Shown here: piece after piece, positions 28,800-37,466 of the stretch
How the letters are laid out: each line of letters begins with the position of its first letter
Position numbering within the stretch: the stretch's first letter is position 1
IMG/VR virus record: IMGVR_UViG_3300021399_003599
Length of the DNA: 64,000 nucleotides
Source of the DNA: a virus
Lineage: Duplodnaviria; Caudoviricetes
Reading direction: 5' to 3' (one strand)
Position numbers and translations under genes: made by a program
Notes under the pieces: generated by a model
Told to the model about the DNA's origin: nothing
What the model saw: the letters and a program-made list of their open reading frames with translations, nothing else
The model's database searches: none

Positions 28800-29726
28800 T
28801 TAGAATTCAAAATTAGCCATTGAAGTCGGGGCAGCCTTCTGCTTAGGCTTCTCATCAAAAGGAAGCTCCGAAGTAAAGCTATTGCCTCCCCTATTTGCCT
28901 GATATTCATCATGACGCTGCTTTACGTCAGCAAGATGTTCCTGACGAGCCTGCATCTTCGCCTTAAACTCTTCCTGAGTAATTGTGTCTTCGTCCCAAAG
29001 ATCCATCTGAGTTACAGCGCAACCAACAATATCCCATGAACGGACAGTTCTAGTAGAAACATTTACACTAGGAGCACCCCAAGCAGATTCAACTTCCTGC
29101 TTAGTCTCAATTGTTGTTGAGATAATATTGCCCCAGAGATTAGTTAACATAGGATTCGCGTTAGAAATATCTTCATCCTGGAAATACTTAATACCACCCT
29201 TATCACGGACATTAAAGTCTACAGGGACAAGATCGTTGCGGAAGTTAAAGACATAGCCACGAATAGTTAGATAATCATCGCCATCTTCCACTTCCTTCTC
29301 AGCGGTTCCCGCAATCAGCATATCAACATCAAAATTAGCTCCAAAGTTTGGAGTTCCAGTCAGCTCATGGATAAATCCACCTTCAGGACGCTTAGCTGAT
29401 ACCATATTGCCGTCACGACCAATAAAGTCATTAATTCCAATAGCAGAATCAATTCTAACCTTCATTGCATTCTGACCATCAGACTGATAAGTAGGAGCAC
29501 CATTAATCAGCTTCATCATAATAGGCCACTTGCTATTCGCGGTGCCGCTGTTAAAAGTCTCTGTCTCATAAATATATGAAACTGAAACTACATTCATTGC
29601 ATTTTCATCAACTGCAACTTGAATATCTCCACGAATATACTCTACACCCTTCGCGGAGACTCGCTTCTCTAGAGTATGACCAAAAACATAACCTTCAACA
29701 TGAACAGTATTCTTAAAATTTCGCAT
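28800..29726 (-). CDS. Single-stranded DNA-binding protein (putative)
   Basis: OB-like N-terminus (NTVHVEGYV), acidic/aromatic C-terminal tail (LPFDE...FEF), position in the replication block. Confidence 0.65.
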   Translation of the reverse strand: MRNFKNTVHVEGYVFGHTLEKRVSAKGVEYIRGDIQVAVDENAMNVVSVSYIYETETFNSGTANSKWPIMMKLINGAPTYQSDGQNAMKVRIDSAIGINDFIGRDGNMVSAKRPEGGFIHELTGTPNFGANFDVDMLIAGTAEKEVEDGDDYLTIRGYVFNFRNDLVPVDFNVRDKGGIKYFQDEDISNANPMLTNLWGNIISTTIETKQEVESAWGAPSVNVSTRTVRSWDIVGCAVTQMDLWDEDTITQEEFKAKMQARQEHLADVKQRHDEYQANRGGNSFTSELPFDEKPKQKAAPTSMANFEF

Positions 29727-29764
29727 TAAAATCCTCTTTCTATATTCTCATTAAGTCAAATAAT

Positions 29765-29793
29765 ATAATATCATAAAAATTTTATTTAGTCAA
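29765..29793 (-). promoter_or_regulatory. SigmaA/70-type promoter
   Basis: TTGACT-17 bp-TATTAT with extended TG. Confidence 0.7.
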
Positions 29794-29794
29794 A

Positions 29795-30469
29795 TTAAAC
29801 TTCTTTAGCAGGATAACGTCCGCAGCTATATTCCTCTGCGCAGTATCCGTATTTATCACACTTACAAATCATAATCATATCGCATAAAGTGTTCCATTCG
29901 TATGAATACTCAGAAAGAGCTTCAATAAGATCATGCATTAGATCCCGATATTCACTATACGCTCGAGTGCACAAACGCTGATTAGCCATATTCTCTAAAG
30001 TTCTAGCATTCATATGGACACTTGTTCCGCTATGCATTCCAAGAGGTAGGATATTTGCGGCGTCCTCTTTAGAAATACCTAGTTGTAGTAGCTCTTTAAA
30101 GTTTTCCTGAATTGAATCCATCGCAGCGAGATAATGCTTTGATGCTTCTTTATTATCTGCAATCGCTGTAGGTACATAATAAGTAAAGTCTGAATAATTA
30201 ATATAACGTGTTGACTCTTGGACACGAGTAGGCGCTCCGCCAATATGAGTATAAAATTCTCGAATCACTCTAGCAGAATAATTTTGAAGCATAAAGAATG
30301 CATCTGCAAATTCTAGCACTCTACCATGACCAGCTTTAATACAATTAATTCCTCGTTTATAGTTTTTCTCTTGATTAGACACATCTGATCCATAACAAAG
30401 ACCAATCATTTTACCAATAGTTGATATGGGATGTGTATTTGTTTCTTCCTGAATTATTACCTGACCCAT
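29795..30469 (-). CDS. thyX: Flavin-dependent thymidylate synthase
   Basis: GHGRVLEF, QESTRY, EDAANILPLG, MNARTL, RLCTRAYSE. Confidence 0.9.
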   Translation of the reverse strand: MGQVIIQEETNTHPISTIGKMIGLCYGSDVSNQEKNYKRGINCIKAGHGRVLEFADAFFMLQNYSARVIREFYTHIGGAPTRVQESTRYINYSDFTYYVPTAIADNKEASKHYLAAMDSIQENFKELLQLGISKEDAANILPLGMHSGTSVHMNARTLENMANQRLCTRAYSEYRDLMHDLIEALSEYSYEWNTLCDMIMICKCDKYGYCAEEYSCGRYPAKEV

Positions 30470-31404
30470 TATTTATTTCCCTTCGTAATATTATAACCGC
30501 TTGTATCACTTTGATATAAACCAATGAAATATTTTTCTTTTGCATTTAATTCAGAAGAAGAACAGGCTTCAATTAATTCAAAGGCAAAATTCTGTATTCC
30601 ATATCGTTGAATAGCTTGGTATAATTTATTTGTTACACTTGCTTCAGTTGCGCCAACGCCTGCTTTAATGTGCTCTGAAAATCTATCTTTAATATTAACA
30701 CTTTGTCCAATGTAGCATTCTTGAGTTAAAATATTCGTTATCTTATAAATGCCGCAAACTTTATCTGATGTTTTTAATCTTGCCGCGCAGAAATTATTCA
30801 TCTTCTTTTGGATGAATACACTCCATATTACTTTTCCAAGAGCAGTTGGATAATTTAATTGTGAGCGGAGATCGTTAAGTAATTTTATATCATGAAGCTC
30901 CTGTGCGGAAAACGGTATACAAAAATCTTCTGGTTTACTTTGTAACTCCGCTTCCTTTTTTAAGGCTTCAATTGCGGCCTTACGTGTTGCTTTTAAGGAA
31001 TCAAGTTCTGATTGAATAAAAGTTTTTTGTATACCTGCATTAAGTCTTGCATTGTGAACTTCTTCATCGATTGACGCAATTTCTTCATCAGCTTCTTTTT
31101 GGCGGCTTTCTACTAAGTTGTGTATAACAGTTATATCATGATTAAGAGTTTCTCTATGAGATAACTGCGCTCTTGCGAATTTCTTTTCTTCTTCTTCAGT
31201 TTCATCTTTTATTAATTTTTGTTGCTCATAAAGAAGAGATATTGATGTGTTTAAAAGATTTAATTGAGATTGTAATTCTTGCTGCTCTTGCCGCAAAGGC
31301 TCATTATCAATATACTCTTGAGTTGTTTTTGCGCGCTTACCAAAATAATAACCAACAATACAAAAAACGACTATTAATATAATTAAAATAATTTCAATTA
31401 TCAC
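30469..31404 (-). CDS. Membrane-anchored coiled-coil GIY-YIG endonuclease
   Basis: N-terminal TM helix, about 130-aa coiled coil, C-terminal GIYKITN...YIGQS...R...H...E...GYN; GTG start with AGGAG RBS. Confidence 0.85.
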   Translation of the reverse strand: MIIEIILIILIVVFCIVGYYFGKRAKTTQEYIDNEPLRQEQQELQSQLNLLNTSISLLYEQQKLIKDETEEEEKKFARAQLSHRETLNHDITVIHNLVESRQKEADEEIASIDEEVHNARLNAGIQKTFIQSELDSLKATRKAAIEALKKEAELQSKPEDFCIPFSAQELHDIKLLNDLRSQLNYPTALGKVIWSVFIQKKMNNFCAARLKTSDKVCGIYKITNILTQECYIGQSVNIKDRFSEHIKAGVGATEASVTNKLYQAIQRYGIQNFAFELIEACSSSELNAKEKYFIGLYQSDTSGYNITKGNK

Positions 31405-31417
31405 ATGAGCACTCCTA

Positions 31418-31453
31418 TAAAAAAAAGGAGGGCGTAATTAAACACCCTCCTTT
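31418..31453 (-). terminator. Intrinsic terminator
   Basis: AAAGGAGGG...CCCTCCTTT stem with a U8 tract on the - strand. Confidence 0.8.
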
Positions 31454-31476
31454 CAAAAGTTAATATTAGTTAATAA

Positions 31477-31743
31477 TTACTCAGCGTCCTCAGACTCAGG
31501 CTTCTCCATATCGGGATCGATGTTCTCACCCAGAGAAGTGCAACGAATAACCTTCTTCTCAATACCATCAATCTCTACACGCTCAACAAAGCCCTTCTTC
31601 TGAAGGCCAGTGGCGATACCATTGATCTGACGGCTGGTGAACTCAAGGGCCTCAGCCAGATCATCAGCGGTTAGATTAGCATTGGGGTTATTCTGAAGAT
31701 AACGAAGGACCGCAGCGGAATTCTCAGTAAGTAGACGAGCCAT
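31477..31743 (-). CDS. Small winged-helix DNA-binding protein
   Basis: Likely start ATG 31743 with AAAAGGAG RBS; LTADDLAEALEFTSRQINGIATGLQKKGFVER wHTH; own promoter and terminator. Confidence 0.8.
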   Translation of the reverse strand: MARLLTENSAAVLRYLQNNPNANLTADDLAEALEFTSRQINGIATGLQKKGFVERVEIDGIEKKVIRCTSLGENIDPDMEKPESEDAE

Positions 31744-31821
31744 AACACATTCTCCTTTTCCGAAAGCATTTGCTTTCAAACCGTGAGGGGGTTCTTCCCC
31801 TCTTAACTAATTTACAAACAT

Positions 31822-31850
31822 ATTATATATTATTATTTTTTAAAAAGCAA
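31822..31850 (-). promoter_or_regulatory. SigmaA/70-type promoter
   Basis: TTGCTT-17 bp-TATAAT. Confidence 0.7.
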
Positions 31851-31857
31851 ATTATTT

Positions 31858-32895
31858 TTATAATTCGCTCAACTTACAATCTTGAGCAGACTTGTCAGGA
31901 CGCATCTGCTTAAAGAAAGGATGGCGCATAACGTATTGATTTGCGGCAATACCTAGTTCCATACATTGAAAAGACGCAACCTTATTTAAATAATTTTCTG
32001 GATGCTCCGCCATATCACTCTTCATAAAATCAGTGATACCTGATGATACTGTTCCTATTGGAATAAGCTTGTTATTATCATCATAAGCAGAAACTTCTAC
32101 AGCATTTTTCCAACCAAAGAACGCAGCTTTGGTAATTGGAATACCATCACTATTTACATAAGGCCAATGTTCAGAATCTTTACCAGCATAATAGTATTCA
32201 GGATCAAGTAACTTAGTAATTACGAGGTCAATGTCATCCTTCTCCTTTTTTACTTTAAAGTTATCCATAGGACGCTTATCTGGCATATATTTCCCGGTGA
32301 TTAGCTTTGCTACAATTCCCTCTCCTCCTCTTGCAAAGATTGTATTTAATACCTCATTTAAATCTCCATCTTCCTTACTATAAGCTTGGAGAAGATGAAT
32401 ATTATCTCTGAACGAAATCTTACTTAACATATTATATCTTTCTTTAAAAGTTTTGTCAAGTAAAATTTCATTATCATATTGAATACAATCATGTACATAA
32501 TAGTGAATCCAGGGTAATGTACCTCGTTCCTGGCGCCGGACAGCTTCGGGTCCCTTGCATCCCATAATTTTTGTGGCGTCGTTGCTATGCCCCCCAGGGT
32601 ATGCAATCTCGCCAATAAGCGTTGTATTGTTAGGAACATATTCTTCTGCCCAGCGCACAATATGCGGAACGTTTTCAGCTTTATTTAAATAAAACTTTGT
32701 TACAGTAGAGGGAGATCTACCAAAAAGGTAAACTTGATTATCTTCTTTCATAAGCTGGAACCAAGCACCGTCAATTTTTTCTTGAATTAAATAATTACCA
32801 CTATTTAAGCGTTGCTCAATAACAGATGGTGTCGGCTGCTTATAAATTTTCATAGCTGGTATAACATCAATACCGGGAAATAATTCTGACTGCAT
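31858..32895 (-). CDS. ATP-dependent DNA ligase
   Basis: Motif I EKIDG, III LIGEI, IIIa VHDC, IV EGIVAK, V KVK, OB domain with RHPFFKQMRPDK. Confidence 0.9.
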   Translation of the reverse strand: MQSELFPGIDVIPAMKIYKQPTPSVIEQRLNSGNYLIQEKIDGAWFQLMKEDNQVYLFGRSPSTVTKFYLNKAENVPHIVRWAEEYVPNNTTLIGEIAYPGGHSNDATKIMGCKGPEAVRRQERGTLPWIHYYVHDCIQYDNEILLDKTFKERYNMLSKISFRDNIHLLQAYSKEDGDLNEVLNTIFARGGEGIVAKLITGKYMPDKRPMDNFKVKKEKDDIDLVITKLLDPEYYYAGKDSEHWPYVNSDGIPITKAAFFGWKNAVEVSAYDDNNKLIPIGTVSSGITDFMKSDMAEHPENYLNKVASFQCMELGIAANQYVMRHPFFKQMRPDKSAQDCKLSEL

Positions 32896-32924
32896 ATAAT
32901 ATCCTTTCGTTAATTATTAAAGAT

Positions 32925-32953
32925 ATTATATATTAATTTTTTTATTCCGTCAA
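32925..32953 (-). promoter_or_regulatory. SigmaA/70-type promoter
   Basis: TTGACG-17 bp-TATAAT. Confidence 0.8.
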
Positions 32954-35056
32954 CTAAATTTTTATACCTACTCCATTACGATGTTGCCGCACAATTTTCT
33001 TAGCAGCATTAGGAAGTAACACTTCTGCTTTAACAATATATTCATTCTCTTTTAGATTCATTGCTTGTAAGCCAGAAGCAACTTTTCCTTGTGTGGTAAT
33101 TTCATCAGAACTAAAACAAATGTAGTGAGTATTAGAAGTTAACATTACATCTTCTTCATCCAATAGAAGGTAAGTAAGTAATGAATCTCCTTCTTTAAAC
33201 TTAATTGCGGGAGCGCCTTTAAGGTTGCGAGTAACACCTGCATAATCCTGAATAGCAGTTTTCTTCGCTTTACCCTTTTTAGTAATAAACATTATATATT
33301 TATTTTTTATATTGTCAAGATCGCAGATAAAAATAATTTTTTCGTTATCTCCTAGTTGAAGAATACTGCCTGCGGCAGCACCCTTATCGCGGGGCCCGCA
33401 CATAGGAATATCTTTACCCGTTAATCTATATACTTTTCCTGCGTCAGAAAAAGCATAAAACATGCTCAAAGTTGTAATTGGAATTGCGAAAAGATTATCT
33501 GTTAAATTCTTATACTGCGTCTTAGGAATATTCCTGAAATAGCCATTCTTAGTTAAACAGACAACAACATCTTGAGCTATCTCTTTCTGTTTTTCTGCTG
33601 TAGCGTTTCGCGCAATCTGCTTCTGCTCAACCTTAGTGCGGCGAGCATCACCAAACTTAGAGCTTACCTCTTGGAACTTCTTAATCATTTCTTGCTTTAG
33701 CAGATCATCAGACCCAAGAATAGCTTCAACAATTGCGATTCGCGCAAGTAGTTGATCTCTTTCTTCAATGAATTTATCAATTTCAAGTTTAGCTAAACGA
33801 GATAGCTTCATATCAAGGATAGCTTTAGCTTGCTCTTCATCAATCTCAAGTAATTTTTGAAGATTAATATTTGCTTCTTTAGTGCTTGCGGAGCCCTTAA
33901 TGATATTAATAACTTCATTGATATTATTAATTGCTTTAATAATTGCTTCTACAATTTTTAAACGATGCTTAAGATTTGCTAGTTCTTCCTTATAAAGATT
34001 AATATAAACTGTTTTTTCATGATTAAGGTGCGCAAGAAGAGCCTGTCTCCAACCAAACACTTTTGGAAAACGTCCATCTTCAAGCATAGTCATATTAATA
34101 CTATACGACTTCTGTAGAGAGGTATTAGCATATAAGAATTGTTTAATAAAATCTTGATCTATTCCTTTGTCAAGATAAATTTTAATACAAACATCTTCGC
34201 CTGTAAGATCGTTAATACCAATAATTCCTAGCGCGGAGTTATCCTCGACTAACTTCGCAACCTCTCCACAAATAGTATTAGTGTAAACTCCATAAGGTAG
34301 TTCTGTAACGACTAATGCATGTTCTTTTTTATCATATTCAATTGTAGCTTGAAGCACGCAAGCACTACCCTTACCGGCTTTCAAACTTGCGGCGACTTCT
34401 GCTTTATTAATAATAGTAGCTCCAGTAGCGAAATCTGGATAGCATAAAATTTCATCATCAGAAATTTTATCGTCTTTAAGTAATGCAATTAAAGCATTAT
34501 TAACCTCAGTTAAATTAAACTGAGGAATGCTTGACGCAAGACCAACAGCAATTCCTGTTGACCCATTTACAATATTATAAAATCCAAGAGAAGAAAGAAC
34601 CCTTGGATATTGTTCAGTGTCATCATAATTATCTATCCATTCATCAATGGTAGCTTTATTCGTATCTTGTAATAGATAATTAGAAATTTGAGATAGACGA
34701 GAAGAAGTATAACGACTTGCCGCCCAGTTACCTGTTTCAGTTAGCGTACCATAAGAACCTTCTATTTCAATAAGCGGATACCGCATAGCGAATGGCTGAC
34801 CGGATCGCATGATAATACCTTCGCAAGAAGCATCTCCATGAATATAAAAACGCATAGCCGATCCAATAGCCTTGAGTGTTTTCTTAAAAGGTTTATCCGC
34901 AGTAAACTTATCTGTAAAAAGACTATAATACACCTGTCGCGCGGATGGCTTAACGCAATCTCGTACATCAACAAGAGCTCGTGATTGAATAACAGCTCCG
35001 GCATATTGAGTAAAAGATTGTTTGATTACATCTTCAAACTCTAATACTTCGTTCAT
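32954..35056 (-). CDS. Type IIA topoisomerase subunit A (GyrA/ParC-like)
   Basis: RALVDVRDCVKP, HGD, catalytic AASRYT, NGSTGIAVG, PDFATG, shortened beta-pinwheel CTD. Confidence 0.95.
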   Translation of the reverse strand: MNEVLEFEDVIKQSFTQYAGAVIQSRALVDVRDCVKPSARQVYYSLFTDKFTADKPFKKTLKAIGSAMRFYIHGDASCEGIIMRSGQPFAMRYPLIEIEGSYGTLTETGNWAASRYTSSRLSQISNYLLQDTNKATIDEWIDNYDDTEQYPRVLSSLGFYNIVNGSTGIAVGLASSIPQFNLTEVNNALIALLKDDKISDDEILCYPDFATGATIINKAEVAASLKAGKGSACVLQATIEYDKKEHALVVTELPYGVYTNTICGEVAKLVEDNSALGIIGINDLTGEDVCIKIYLDKGIDQDFIKQFLYANTSLQKSYSINMTMLEDGRFPKVFGWRQALLAHLNHEKTVYINLYKEELANLKHRLKIVEAIIKAINNINEVINIIKGSASTKEANINLQKLLEIDEEQAKAILDMKLSRLAKLEIDKFIEERDQLLARIAIVEAILGSDDLLKQEMIKKFQEVSSKFGDARRTKVEQKQIARNATAEKQKEIAQDVVVCLTKNGYFRNIPKTQYKNLTDNLFAIPITTLSMFYAFSDAGKVYRLTGKDIPMCGPRDKGAAAGSILQLGDNEKIIFICDLDNIKNKYIMFITKKGKAKKTAIQDYAGVTRNLKGAPAIKFKEGDSLLTYLLLDEEDVMLTSNTHYICFSSDEITTQGKVASGLQAMNLKENEYIVKAEVLLPNAAKKIVRQHRNGVGIKI

Positions 35057-35057
35057 A

Positions 35058-36914
35058 TTACTCCCTTACTTGGCTGAAATCGATCTTATTAAACACGAAC
35101 TCTTTGCGGGCAACGCCTGAGCTGCCCATCAAATCTTCAAGAAGTTTAGTTGCTTGTTTAGTTGGATTAAGAATATCCATTCGTTGATTCTTACCAAACA
35201 TAGACGCTTTAGCTTGGTCCGCGCTCAACGAACCCAAACCCTTGTTACGTTGTACCTCACCATTAATCGTCCCACGAGCAGCATCCATCTCTTCATCAGT
35301 GAAATAATATTCTTCACCTTTCTTTGTCTTTACAATATAGAGCGGTGACCGCAACCAACATAGACGCTGTTCCTCAATAAAATCAGGACAGAAATGTTGA
35401 AGTGCGGTCGCAATTAGAAGAGCGATATGATATCCATCGCTGTCTGAGTCTGTACAAATAGCAACTCGGCCATAACGCAACTCTGTAGGATCATAATTAT
35501 TAGGCGTGATATTAAGTGCCTTTAGTAAAAGCTGAATTTCTTCATTCTTACTTAACTTTTCATCGCTATTGGAAAAAGCATTAATTAGCTTACCGCGCAA
35601 CATTAGAATCCCATATTTCTTTCTATCTCGAGCAACCGCCATACTCGCTCCAGCAGAAAGACCTTCTACGACCAAGAGAGTGGAATCTTGTCCAAGGTAC
35701 TCAGCATCCTTTAATTTATCTGGATGAAGAATTTTAATTTTACTAGTAGCTTTTTTCGCTTTTCCTTCTCGTACCGCTTCTCGAGCTTTCTTTGCGGCTT
35801 CTGCTGCTTTGCGCGCAATGATCGCTTTCTCTAGGATAATCTTACCTTCATTTGGATTATTATCTAGCCAAATCTCAAAAGCGTCACCAAAGTTTGAAGA
35901 AATAAAACTTGTATCAATTTTTGTAACATTTGTCTTTACTTGCGCGTCATACGCTACACCTTCTGCGGTGATATTACAAACAAGAACAAGCCCTTCTTGT
36001 AGAGCAGATCCTTCAAGATTTTTATCTTTTTCTTTAAGAATTCCTTGCTCTTTTGCCCATTTATTCAAGACTCTTGTCAAAGTACTTTTAATGCCTGTGA
36101 TGTGCGGACCATTTGTAGTTAAGCCGCAATTAACATAAGCAGAAAATTCAGAAGAAGTTTTAGAAGTATAAGTTAAAGCTAAATCGATTTTCTGTTTATC
36201 TTTTTGCTTTTGAACTACTAATGGTTTATTAATGATCTCAATACTATCACCAATATTTTTCTTTAATAGATCAATAATCCCATTATTATGTTCAATTAAT
36301 TTATCATTGAAAATAATTTTTAACCCAGGACAAAGACAAGTGATATCTTCGCAAAAGTTATAAAGTTTCTTCTGATTAACTCTTGGATCTGTAAAGAATT
36401 TTTCGCTTGGTTGAAATGTTACTTTTGTTCCATCAGGGATATCTTTTCCTGAAAACAACGTCCTTCCAACACAGACGCCTTCCTTAAAATTAACTGTTTC
36501 TCCTTGACCATCATGAAAACTATTAACAGTTAACCAATGGGAAAGAAAGTTAGCAAGCTTTGCGCCAATACCATTCAAACCAATTGCGGTACCTTCATAT
36601 ACTCCATCATCACGATATTTACCAGAAGTATTAATTACGTCAAAAGAAGCTTGAAGGACACTTTCTCCATCTTCACGTATAACGTTAATAGGAAAACCTT
36701 GTCCGTTATCCGCAATCATAACTTCTTTATCTGAAACATTTACATGAATAGTATCTCCATGTCCAATATTATATTCATCAATAGCATTACCAAGAATTTC
36801 AATAGCTAGCTGGGTAGCATCAGCTGTATCTCCTACATACATACCTGGTCTAAGTCGAACATGCTCTAAAGGAGATAAACTTTCAATAGAATCTTTTGTA
36901 TAAGTATTATTCAT
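35058..36914 (-). CDS. Type IIA topoisomerase subunit B (GyrB/ParE-like)
   Basis: HVRLRPGMY, NAIDE, DNGQG, GLNGIG, VEGLSA, LRGK, TDSDSDG, RNKGLG. Confidence 0.95.
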   Translation of the reverse strand: MNNTYTKDSIESLSPLEHVRLRPGMYVGDTADATQLAIEILGNAIDEYNIGHGDTIHVNVSDKEVMIADNGQGFPINVIREDGESVLQASFDVINTSGKYRDDGVYEGTAIGLNGIGAKLANFLSHWLTVNSFHDGQGETVNFKEGVCVGRTLFSGKDIPDGTKVTFQPSEKFFTDPRVNQKKLYNFCEDITCLCPGLKIIFNDKLIEHNNGIIDLLKKNIGDSIEIINKPLVVQKQKDKQKIDLALTYTSKTSSEFSAYVNCGLTTNGPHITGIKSTLTRVLNKWAKEQGILKEKDKNLEGSALQEGLVLVCNITAEGVAYDAQVKTNVTKIDTSFISSNFGDAFEIWLDNNPNEGKIILEKAIIARKAAEAAKKAREAVREGKAKKATSKIKILHPDKLKDAEYLGQDSTLLVVEGLSAGASMAVARDRKKYGILMLRGKLINAFSNSDEKLSKNEEIQLLLKALNITPNNYDPTELRYGRVAICTDSDSDGYHIALLIATALQHFCPDFIEEQRLCWLRSPLYIVKTKKGEEYYFTDEEMDAARGTINGEVQRNKGLGSLSADQAKASMFGKNQRMDILNPTKQATKLLEDLMGSSGVARKEFVFNKIDFSQVRE

Positions 36915-36939
36915 TAGACTCCTTTCTTTTATTTATTTA

Positions 36940-37139
36940 ATTATATAATATAAAAGAGATGTTGTCAAATGTTTTATTCTTATCATGAAACAATCGATGT
37001 TTTGATATTATATAAAAATTTTTATTATTGTCAATTTATGTGCTTTCTTGACAAAATATAAAATAATATATAACTTATTAATAGATAATCACGGTCCTAA
37101 GAAAAACACTTGACAGTACATCTACTTTTATGATATAAT
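36940..37139. promoter_or_regulatory. Divergent promoter cluster at the strand switch
   Basis: - strand TTGACA-17-TATAAT (36968-36940) and TTGACA-16-TATAAT (37034-37007); + strand TTGACA-18-TATAAT (37110-37139) and a further TTGACA at 37048. Confidence 0.85.
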
Positions 37140-37172
37140 ATATTTGTAAACAAAGAGGAAAGGAAAATAAAA

Positions 37173-37463
37173 ATGCTTATGAACAACCAGCCGAATCTTA
37201 CTCTTGCAGCTTTTTGCGCGAATCTTGCTTATGTAGATATCGCATCATATGTGCAGATTACACTTGTTCTTCCAAACAAGACGATAAATAGTCGTGGTGA
37301 CATGGAAGAGGAGTATGTTACTCTGGAGAAGGGAGCTACCGCACGAAACATTGCTATTTATGGACAGTGGTTTGTGACCTCAATTGATTTTACTGACTCA
37401 GGATTTGATATTATTGTTGAAGCGAATCCCGCGTATCCTGTAACTTTTTATAACAAGGAGTAA
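37173..37463 (+). CDS. Hypothetical protein
   Basis: 96 aa, GAAAGGA RBS, first gene after the promoter. Confidence 0.7.
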   Translation: MLMNNQPNLTLAAFCANLAYVDIASYVQITLVLPNKTINSRGDMEEEYVTLEKGATARNIAIYGQWFVTSIDFTDSGFDIIVEANPAYPVTFYNKE

Positions 37464-37466
37464 GTA

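Noticed and set aside
15741-36914. Inteins or group I/II introns in nrdD, dnaE, helicase or topoisomerase
   Set aside because: ORFs are continuous and of ordinary length, with no intein splice motifs seen
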